From: Chloroflexota bacterium
Lineage (GTDB): Bacteria; Chloroflexota; Limnocylindria; QHBO01
Length of the DNA: 64,000 bases
Direction of reading: 5' to 3'
Assembly (NCBI GenBank): GCA_040905185.1
Contig: JBBDRZ010000001.1
Coordinates: forward strand, 115,254-179,253
In this document: positions 35,760-43,356 of the stretch, in pieces
Layout of the letters: every line of letters begins with the position of its first letter
Numbering within the stretch: the stretch's first letter is position 1
Made by a program: the position numbers and the translations under genes
Notes under the pieces: model-generated
Databases searched by the model: none
Told to the model about the DNA's origin: nothing
The model's input: only the letters and a program-made list of their open reading frames with translations

Positions 35760-35836
35760 TGGGGTGGCCTACGGGGCTTGAACCCGTAACCTTCGGAGCC
35801 ACAATCCGATGCTCTGCCAGTTGAGCTAAGGCCACC
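35760..35836 (-). tRNA. tRNA-His (anticodon GTG) with encoded G-1
   Basis: Manual fold: G-1, acceptor GTGGCCT/AGGCCAC, anticodon stem TCGGA/TCCGA with loop TTGTGGC, T arm ACGGG-TTCAAGC-CCCGT, discriminator C plus CCA. Confidence 0.85.
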
Positions 35837-35872
35837 GCGGCTGACGAGTGTAGCCCGAGCGCCGACGCTGGG

Positions 35873-36664
35873 TCAGCCGAGGCGGGTGAGGATCTCCTCC
35901 CGGTCAAAGGCCCACGAGCCGATGATCAGCAGGGCCCCGATCAGGCCCACCACCACCAGGTCGCCGACGAGGACCTGGCTCATGCTGAAGGTCGCCTGCC
36001 CTCCCAGGAACTGCGCCACGGCGACCGCGATGATGGGCAGGACCACGAACGCGCCGAACTGCTGGGCGGTCCGGGGGTCGCCGACCCGCGAGCTGACGAT
36101 GACGCCCAGCAGGACCGACAGCACGCAGATCAGCGGGACCAGGGTGGCCATGGCCACCATCCATTGCGGGCTGAACACCATCCGCAGCAGGCGCGGGTCG
36201 GCGATCGCCCCGTTGATGAGGCCGTAGGCTACCCACACCGCCCAGGTGGCGAGGACGGCCGGCAGGGCAGCCGCGATGGTCTTGCCGGCGAGCAGCTCGG
36301 AGACCTCGATCGGGGTCGCGAGCTGCGGCTCCAGGGATCGCGCCTGCCGCTCGCCGATGACCGACTGCGAGGCAATCGCGATGGGCACCATGGCCGGGAT
36401 GAGCAGGAAGTAGGCCATGAAGTTGGTGACGATGAAGCCCTGGGCCGCCAGCTTGGGCGGCAGGTCGGGGAAGGCGGCGAGCATGACCGCAATCTGGCCC
36501 AGCTGGTTCACATCCAGGTCGTTGACCTCGATGAAGCCCACGATGGCGATCGGAATAGCGGCGAAGATGACGGCCGGCGCGGCGACGGCAGCCAGCAACA
36601 GCCGGTTGGACCCGATCTCGCGCCACTCCTTGCCGAAGACGGTGGCCACCAGCCTAAGCCGCAC
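35873..36664 (-). CDS. ABC-2 family transporter permease
   Basis: 263 aa with about six hydrophobic helices. Overlaps the upstream ATPase gene by 11 nt. Confidence 0.75.
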   Translation of the reverse strand: MRLRLVATVFGKEWREIGSNRLLLAAVAAPAVIFAAIPIAIVGFIEVNDLDVNQLGQIAVMLAAFPDLPPKLAAQGFIVTNFMAYFLLIPAMVPIAIASQSVIGERQARSLEPQLATPIEVSELLAGKTIAAALPAVLATWAVWVAYGLINGAIADPRLLRMVFSPQWMVAMATLVPLICVLSVLLGVIVSSRVGDPRTAQQFGAFVVLPIIAVAVAQFLGGQATFSMSQVLVGDLVVVGLIGALLIIGSWAFDREEILTRLG

Positions 36665-37610
36665 GGGCGCCCTCCGGGTCGCGTTCGCCGCGCTCGCCGA
36701 CCAGCTCCAGGTAGACCTGCTCCAGGCTGGCGACGTCCTCGGCCACCGCCAGCACCCGAGCCCCGCGCGTCACGAGCTCACGCACCAGCTCCGGGGTGTC
36801 GCGCCGGGGCTCGGCCAGCTCCACCCACAGGTCGCCGCCCTCGGCCCGCGCGTTGCGCACGAAGGGCAGTGAACCGAGCGTGGCGGCCAGCGCCGACGCG
36901 TCGACCAGGCCACCGTCCAGCGCGACCCGTGTAGCCGCAGCCCGACCCCGGCGGCGCAGCTCGGCGGGCGTCCCCTCGGCCAGCAACCGCCCGTTCAGGA
37001 TCCCGATCCGATCACACACGCGCTCCGCCTCGTCCAGGTTGTGGGTGCACAGGACGATCGAGCGGCCCTCGTCCCGGAGCGTGGCGACCAGCTCGCGAAT
37101 AGACTTGGCCGCCTCGGGGTCGAGTGCGCTGGTCGGCTCGTCGAGGTAGATCACCCGCGGCTCGTGGAGCAGGGCCCGGGCGATCGCCACTCGTTGGCGC
37201 ATGCCCTTCGAGTAGCCGCTGACCCGCCGGTCGGCGGCGTCGGTCAAGCCGACCACGGCCAGGTAGCGGTCCACCGCCGCCCGCAGGGCGGCATCGGTCA
37301 GTCCGTACAGGCGCCCGTAGTAGGTCAGGTTCTGTCTCGCGGTCAGCCGGTCGTGCAGCCCCGGGCTCTCGGTCAGGATCCCGGTCAGGGATCGGATCTG
37401 CGGGTTGTCGCGCCCGAGCTCGAGGTCGACCACCCGCACTCTGCCGGCGCTGGGGGCGATCAACCCGGCCAGGATCCGGACCGTGGTCGTCTTGCCCGCC
37501 CCGTTGGGGCCCAACAGCCCGTAGATCTGTCCCGCGCGCACGGTGAAGGACACGTCCCGCAGCGCGGTGACGATCCCGAATCGTCGCTCCAGGCCTTCGA
37601 CGGCAATCAA
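36654..37610 (-). CDS. ABC transporter ATP-binding protein (ABC-2/DrrA-like)
   Basis: Walker A GPNGAGKTTT, signature SGYSKGMRQRVAIARAL, Walker B IYLDEPTS. Confidence 0.85.
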   Translation of the reverse strand: MIAVEGLERRFGIVTALRDVSFTVRAGQIYGLLGPNGAGKTTTVRILAGLIAPSAGRVRVVDLELGRDNPQIRSLTGILTESPGLHDRLTARQNLTYYGRLYGLTDAALRAAVDRYLAVVGLTDAADRRVSGYSKGMRQRVAIARALLHEPRVIYLDEPTSALDPEAAKSIRELVATLRDEGRSIVLCTHNLDEAERVCDRIGILNGRLLAEGTPAELRRRGRAAATRVALDGGLVDASALAATLGSLPFVRNARAEGGDLWVELAEPRRDTPELVRELVTRGARVLAVAEDVASLEQVYLELVGERGERDPEGARAA

Positions 37611-37686
37611 CCGACCGATGCTAGCAGGGCGCGGTCAGTGGTCCGGAAGCGGCCTTTTCGCCGGTCCGGCGTGGCAAGATCGGCCC

Positions 37687-38217
37687 ATGGAGGAGCGGAC
37701 CCTGCGCACGCGACGAGTGTTCGAGGGCCGCCTGCTGAAGGTTCGGGTCGACGACGTGGCCATGGCCGATGGCCGGCCCGCGCAGCGCGAGATCATCGAG
37801 CATCCAGGGGCGGTGGCCATCCTGGCCTGGGACGGCGAGCGGCTGGCCGCGGTCCGCCAATGGCGCCAGGCAGCAGGGCGCCTGACCCTCGAGCTCCCCG
37901 CCGGCACGCGGGACCCGGACGAGGCGCCGCGGCACACCGCCGAGCGGGAGCTGGCCGAAGAATGCGGCCTGGCGGCTCAGACCTGGGAGCCGGGGCCCGG
38001 GTTCTGGACCGCCCCCGGCTTCTGCACCGAGTTCCTGACCCTGTGGCTGGCCACCGACCTGCACCCGGTCAGCGTCGCCGGCCCGGAGGACGAGGCCCTC
38101 GAGCTCGAGTGGCTGACCCTGGATCAGGCGCTGGCCGCTGTCGCGGACGGGGCGATCAACGATGCCAAGTCGCTGGTCGGGATCTACTGGCTGGCGCGGC
38201 GGCTGGGGCGGGGCTAA
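37687..38217 (+). CDS. NUDIX hydrolase (ADP-ribose pyrophosphatase-like)
   Basis: ATG at 37687 within ORF 37543..38217. Nudix box GTRDPDEAPRHTAERELAEECGL (GX5EX7REUXEEXGU). Confidence 0.75.
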   Translation: MEERTLRTRRVFEGRLLKVRVDDVAMADGRPAQREIIEHPGAVAILAWDGERLAAVRQWRQAAGRLTLELPAGTRDPDEAPRHTAERELAEECGLAAQTWEPGPGFWTAPGFCTEFLTLWLATDLHPVSVAGPEDEALELEWLTLDQALAAVADGAINDAKSLVGIYWLARRLGRG

Positions 38218-38460
38218 CCGGCTGACTTAGCCGGCTGGACCTGATTGGTCGTTGGGCTCATGTACACCAGATGTACGTATCGGCCAAGAAGTCTCGATTG
38301 CGGCGTGGATTTCGGCTGCTGCGTGGCCAATTTGTCCACGTGGTGAACATTGCGGCCAAAATCGGGCCCTTTAGAGCGCTCAGGCGGTTAACTTTGGCCG
38401 GTACGTACGCCACGTGTACAAAGGCGCGGTTCCGGCGGCGCGTCCGTGGCGGGAAAGCGA

Positions 38461-38486
38461 AACGCCCGGTCCGAAGACCGGGCGTT
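38461..38486. terminator. perfect 11-bp-stem hairpin (aacgcccggtc cgaa gaccgggcgtt), candidate terminator for minus-strand pncB-like gene
   Basis: Seen directly. On the minus strand it is followed by TCGCTTTCC. Confidence 0.4.
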
Positions 38487-38527
38487 CGAGTTTGCGAGTG
38501 GGTCGGGACTAGCCAGCCAGGTCGGGG

Positions 38528-39562
38528 CTAGCCAGCCAGGTCGAGGCGCTGCAGGCGGGGGTTCGCAGTCCGGCCCGGAATCCGGCCGCGCTTGGCGATT
38601 GGCTGACCGTCGATCTGCTTGAGATCCCCGGTGAAGTCGATTGGGCTCGCGTCCGAGATGGCGGATCCCACGGCGTAGGAATCGACCGGCGCCCCGGCAG
38701 CCTTGAACTGACCGATCCGCTCGGCGTCAAGCCCGCCCGATACCACGATCTTGACGTGCTGGTGGCCGGCCAGGTCAAGGCGGGCGCGGACCTCCTTGAC
38801 GAGGTCCGGGGTGACGCGGCCGCGCTCGGAGGGCGTGTCGAGCCGCACGCCCCACAGCCGCTCCCCGAGGGCCTCGGCCACGCGGAGCGACTCCTCGGCT
38901 TCGTCCTTGAAGGTGTCGACCAGGACGATGCGCGGGACCCGTGGATCGATGTGGCGGTCGAAGGCTTCCGCGGCCCGGACCGTGTCTCCGAAGATGAGGA
39001 CCAGGGCGTGGGGCATGGTGCCGGTCGGTGACAGGCCTGCCAGGCGCGCGCCGGCCGGCGTGGAAGCACCGATGCAGCCGCCGACCACGCTGGCGTAGTC
39101 CATCTGGTCGGCCACGCTGGGGTGGACGTGGCGCGCCCCGAATCCGATGACCGGGATGGGGGCCGCCGCCTCCACGACCACGCGGGCCGCGGTCGCCCAG
39201 CCGGAGGATTGGGCCAGGGTACCCAGCACTGCCGTCTCGTACAGGCCGTAGGCCGAGTAGCGGGCCTCGATCCGCATGACGACCTCCTTGGGCTCGAAGC
39301 GGTCGCCGTCCGACAGGGACTCGAGCACCGGAGTCGGGTCGTGGCCGTTGCCGGGGCCCAGCACGCGACGCAGGAAGGCGTGGACCTCGGCGGCGCCACA
39401 CAGGATCCCCCCGTCCCGGGCGAAGACCTCCATGACCACCACCGGGTCGAGATGCTCGGCGCGGAGGATGGCGCGGGCCCGCTCCAAATACACGTCGGCG
39501 GTCTGCCCGGTCAGCACCTCATCCGCTGCGTCGAACCGCCGGGCCGCGTCCTCGCCGGTCAT
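38528..39562 (-). CDS. nicotinate phosphoribosyltransferase family protein (type II PRTase fold)
   Basis: 344 aa. TADVYLERARAIL..., AEVHAFL, GARHVHP.., GTMPHALVLIFGD, VRLDTPSERGRVT motifs. Confidence 0.75.
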   Translation of the reverse strand: MTGEDAARRFDAADEVLTGQTADVYLERARAILRAEHLDPVVVMEVFARDGGILCGAAEVHAFLRRVLGPGNGHDPTPVLESLSDGDRFEPKEVVMRIEARYSAYGLYETAVLGTLAQSSGWATAARVVVEAAAPIPVIGFGARHVHPSVADQMDYASVVGGCIGASTPAGARLAGLSPTGTMPHALVLIFGDTVRAAEAFDRHIDPRVPRIVLVDTFKDEAEESLRVAEALGERLWGVRLDTPSERGRVTPDLVKEVRARLDLAGHQHVKIVVSGGLDAERIGQFKAAGAPVDSYAVGSAISDASPIDFTGDLKQIDGQPIAKRGRIPGRTANPRLQRLDLAG

Positions 39563-41529
39563 GGGTCGGGAGTGTAGTCGGTGGCTACCCGGCGTCGGCG
39601 GATGGCGACCGACAGCCCGACCGCCGCCGAGCCGGCGGCGACGATCACGCCCAGGATCCGGACCAGGCCGGCGGCGGTGGCGGTGTTGAGGTCCTGGCTC
39701 AGGCTGGCCAGCCGATCCGCCGCCGCCCGCAGGTCGCCGGCGGCGAACGCGGTGGCGGCGGCGGCCAGGCGTTCCTCGGGGCCGGGCCCGATCAGCATGC
39801 CGACGCGCGCGACGGGGTCCAGGCCTTCGGCGATCCGCGATGCCGCCTGTGCGTGGGCGGTGACGATTGCCCGCTCGGCGTCGATCTCGGCCCAGGCCAG
39901 GGTTCCGCCCCCATGCGTCCGATACGCGGCCGCGAGCCGATCCGGGGCCGCCAGGTCCGCGTCCTCGATCTCGGCCAGCAGCCGGTTCCGCTCAGCGAGC
40001 CACTCCGCGGCCGCCGCGATCTCGGCCTGCGCGTCGGCGAAGCGCCATTCGACCATCGCCTCCCGCACCGGATCGGGGTCCCCCCAGTCCGCCGCGGCTT
40101 CCAGCAGGGCGTAGAAGGCGGTGCGGGCCGCCTCGCGGGCCGCCAACTCGGCCTCGCTACCCGCGCCCAGGACAGCTGCGGCCAGCGCGGCGACCACGGG
40201 CTCGTCGGTGACCGCATCGAGGTGGTCGAGGTAGCCGCGAGAGTCCACCGCCACCGCCACCGCGCCCGCCGCCGGCGAACCCGCGGCTTCGGCGGTCAAC
40301 GGATCGTAACCATCCAGCCCCGAGGCCATCCGGCGCAGCGCCAATCGGAATTCGTCCTCGCCGGCCATCTGCGCCGCGTCATCGGTCAGTGACCAGGCCC
40401 TCGCATAGCCCCACCCATCGCCCTCGGCCGAGCGATCTTCGGCACTCCACTCGGCGAGTGGGAACGCCTCGTCCTCGAGTTCGGCGGCCACCGCGAGCGG
40501 GTCGTAGGGCAGCTCGAGCTCGAGCTCAGTTGACACCCGTCCGGCCGCCCACGACGCCAGCCCTTCCAGGATCCATCGGTCGCTGGCCAGCGCATCGTTG
40601 GCCCACACGTGGGCCACCTGGTGGAGCAGGGTGAAGGGCGGCTCGGTGAACCCGACCGCCACCTCGCCGTCGACCGGCTCCGAGTCCAGCCCGCCGCCGG
40701 TCACCGACTCGGCCACCACCAGCGGACCCTGGCCCGGGTACGGAAGCCCGAAAACGGCCTCCAGCCGCGGAAGCGCCTCGACCAGCAGGTCCATGGTGGC
40801 AGCGCCCCATTCGGGGTCGTCAGCCCAATGGCGGACCTGCAGGTCAGCCGTGCCGCCCGTCAGGGCCACCGCCCGTTGCAGCGTCGCGTACACCGGATCC
40901 CGGGTCGCACCGATGTGGGCCAGCCAGCGGCTCGGGTCGGCGATCGGCCCGCTGTCGAGGATCGCGCGGTCCGCCTCGACCGTGGCCCGCAGGGGGTCGC
41001 CGTCGACACGGACCTCGAAGTCGGCCGGCAGGTCGACCGTGACCGCGCTGGCGGTTCCGAACCCCCAGGCGGGGAAGGTGACCAGGTGCGGCCCCACCCG
41101 GATCGCGGGATCGTCCCCGTCCCGCAACTCGTACTCCAAGGTCAGCTGGGCCGTCTCCTGGTACTCCACCGGGGACCGCAACGTGACGGTGGCCACGTTG
41201 ACGCCGCCGCTGACGGCGGCCGAGACGGTCAGCCCTCCCGTCCCGTCGTGGGCGCTGACCGCCGCAGCGTGGTCGTGGATCGCCAACCGGAGGTCCAGGT
41301 ACGCGCTGACCTGGCCTGCCGGTGCCGGAAAAGTGTTGGTGAATTCGATCTCAACCGTCGCGCTGATCGTCCCCGCCTCCGGGTCGACGACGTACGTGGC
41401 CTGGGTGGTCATCGCGTAGTCGGCGGCCGCCGCCGGCCCGACGGGGAGCGTCATACCGGCCATGCCGGCAGCCACCACCGCGGCCACCATGGCGGTGACT
41501 GTCAGCCGACGGGGCGCGCGATTTCTCAT
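39559..41529 (-). CDS. secreted/membrane-anchored M1-like gluzincin-fold protein with HQxxH (catalytic Glu replaced by Gln)
   Basis: Signal peptide. TLLHQVAHVWANDAL aligns to the gluzincin HExxH(x)W motif and WILEGLASW to the NEGFA third-ligand motif. C-terminal TM anchor. Confidence 0.5.
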   Translation of the reverse strand: MRNRAPRRLTVTAMVAAVVAAGMAGMTLPVGPAAAADYAMTTQATYVVDPEAGTISATVEIEFTNTFPAPAGQVSAYLDLRLAIHDHAAAVSAHDGTGGLTVSAAVSGGVNVATVTLRSPVEYQETAQLTLEYELRDGDDPAIRVGPHLVTFPAWGFGTASAVTVDLPADFEVRVDGDPLRATVEADRAILDSGPIADPSRWLAHIGATRDPVYATLQRAVALTGGTADLQVRHWADDPEWGAATMDLLVEALPRLEAVFGLPYPGQGPLVVAESVTGGGLDSEPVDGEVAVGFTEPPFTLLHQVAHVWANDALASDRWILEGLASWAAGRVSTELELELPYDPLAVAAELEDEAFPLAEWSAEDRSAEGDGWGYARAWSLTDDAAQMAGEDEFRLALRRMASGLDGYDPLTAEAAGSPAAGAVAVAVDSRGYLDHLDAVTDEPVVAALAAAVLGAGSEAELAAREAARTAFYALLEAAADWGDPDPVREAMVEWRFADAQAEIAAAAEWLAERNRLLAEIEDADLAAPDRLAAAYRTHGGGTLAWAEIDAERAIVTAHAQAASRIAEGLDPVARVGMLIGPGPEERLAAAATAFAAGDLRAAADRLASLSQDLNTATAAGLVRILGVIVAAGSAAVGLSVAIRRRRVATDYTPDP

Positions 41530-42050
41530 CGAGACGGCGCTGGAGGTGCCTGCCAGTCGGGCATCCCGGATTCGACCTCGGCCCTGAATCGGGCCAGCAG
41601 CTCAGCGTTGCGCCCGGTGCGCCCGCCCCAGTCTGGGAGCCGGCCCCGGTCCGCGATCGCCGGTGCGGTCTCCTCGAGCAGCCGATCGGCGACCACCGTC
41701 AGGCGCGCCAGCGCGCGACCCAGCTCGTCGCGGTCCACCGCGCCGGGTGGCAGCTCGGCGATGAGCATCGGGCGGTCCTCCTCGGTCACGGCGAACTTCA
41801 CGAACGGATACTCGGCGTTGGCGGCCAGCAGGCGGAGCAGCGTCCGGCGTGGGAGCTCCATGGCGTCCGGTCCGTAGTAAGCCCACAGGTGCACGCCCAT
41901 ACCCGCGGCCCAGGCAACCGTGACCCGCAGGTCGAAACGCCGCTCCCCGTCGAGGATGACGTCACGGCTCAAGGCCAGCCCAAGCGGCGCAGCGCCGCGT
42001 CCGACCACCGCCAGCCCGAGCTCCTCCAGCCAGGCGTCGATGGGCGGCAC
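41526..42050 (-). CDS. YbjN-like domain protein (putative sensory transduction regulator fold)
   Basis: 174 aa. Weak pattern match only. Overlaps the downstream gene start by 4 nt. Confidence 0.45.
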   Translation of the reverse strand: MPPIDAWLEELGLAVVGRGAAPLGLALSRDVILDGERRFDLRVTVAWAAGMGVHLWAYYGPDAMELPRRTLLRLLAANAEYPFVKFAVTEEDRPMLIAELPPGAVDRDELGRALARLTVVADRLLEETAPAIADRGRLPDWGGRTGRNAELLARFRAEVESGMPDWQAPPAPSR

Positions 42051-42084
42051 CGGTTCGGCGGTGTTCGCTTCGGGCGCGGGCGCC

Positions 42085-43341
42085 TCAGCCAGCGTGCACC
42101 ACCGTGTCCCCGGACGCCACCCGGCGACGCGGGAAGTCAGACTCGATGACGTACGGATCGATCCGGCAGTTGCGTCCGATCCGGGTCCGCGCTGGCACGC
42201 GGGCCTTCTTGCCCACCAGGGTCAGGCCGCTGAACAGGCGCTCCGGCTCACTCCGATTGGGTCGCAGCACCTTGCCGTCGCCGACATGCGCCTGCGCGCC
42301 GATCACGCACTCCTTGTCGAGGATGGCCCGGTCCACGACGGCCCCCTCCTCGATCACGGAGTCGAACATCACGATCGAATCTCGGACGATTGCCCCGGGG
42401 CCGACCCGGACGCCTGGCGAGAGGATGCTGTGGTCGACGGTGCCCTCGACCACGCAGCCATGGCTGACCATGCTGCGCGACACCACGGCCTGGGAGCCGA
42501 TGCGGGCCGGTGCCCGTTCCTCGCTCTTGGTGTAGATCAGCCAACCGGTCTCGTACAGGTCGAGCGGGGGGTCGTCCGCGAGCAGATCCATGCTGGCCTG
42601 CCAGTAGGCGTCAACGGTGCCGATATCCTGCCAGTAGCCCCGGTATTCATACGCGTGGACCCCCATGCCCGACTCGACCATGGCGGGCAGGACGTCGCGA
42701 CCGAAGTCCAGTCGTTCGGTCGAAAGCACCTCGCGCAGGAGTGGCCAGCTGAAGGCGTACACGCCCATGCTGACCAGGTTGGACGGTGGCCGCGCAGGCT
42801 TTTCGACGAAACGGGTGACCCGCCCGCCCTCTCCTACCTCGAGGATGCCGAACCGATTTGCGTCCGCCATGGGCACGGTTCGAACCGCCACCGTCAGGTC
42901 GGCGTCGCGGGCCCGGTGCAGCGCCACAAACGGCCGGTAGTCCATCTTATAGACGTGGTCTCCGGCCAGGACCAGCACCAGCTCCGGGTCTCGGTCCGCG
43001 ATGAAATCCAGGTTCTGGAGCACGGCGTCGGCGGTGCCGCGGTACCAGTCCCGGTTTCGACCGCGCCCCAGGAACGGCTGGAGGAGGGTCACGCCACCGT
43101 GACTGCGGTCCAGGTCCCACGGCCGCCCCACCCCGATGTGGTCGATGAGCGAGCGCGGCGCGTACTGGGTCAGGATCCCAACATCGGTCAGGCCCGAGTT
43201 CACCACGTTCGAAAGGGTGAAGTCGATGATCCGATACTTCCCCCCGAATGGGACGCCGGGCTTGGCTCGGACCTGGGACAGGATCGAGAGGCGCTCCCCC
43301 TCACCGCCAGCCAGGATCAGGGTCAGGACGGATCGAGCCAC
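42085..43341 (-). CDS. glgC: glucose-1-phosphate adenylyltransferase
   Basis: LILAGGEGERL, GGKYRIIDF.LSN, QYAPRSL, WYRGTADAV motifs. C-terminal left-handed beta-helix. Confidence 0.9.
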   Translation of the reverse strand: MARSVLTLILAGGEGERLSILSQVRAKPGVPFGGKYRIIDFTLSNVVNSGLTDVGILTQYAPRSLIDHIGVGRPWDLDRSHGGVTLLQPFLGRGRNRDWYRGTADAVLQNLDFIADRDPELVLVLAGDHVYKMDYRPFVALHRARDADLTVAVRTVPMADANRFGILEVGEGGRVTRFVEKPARPPSNLVSMGVYAFSWPLLREVLSTERLDFGRDVLPAMVESGMGVHAYEYRGYWQDIGTVDAYWQASMDLLADDPPLDLYETGWLIYTKSEERAPARIGSQAVVSRSMVSHGCVVEGTVDHSILSPGVRVGPGAIVRDSIVMFDSVIEEGAVVDRAILDKECVIGAQAHVGDGKVLRPNRSEPERLFSGLTLVGKKARVPARTRIGRNCRIDPYVIESDFPRRRVASGDTVVHAG

Positions 43342-43356
43342 GCCGCGCGGCGTCGA

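Noticed and set aside
38271-38531. 86-aa ORF in the GC-poor intergenic region (MYVSAKKSRLRRGF...)
   Set aside because: Arg-rich low-complexity translation with no start context. The region is better explained by repeats and hairpins.
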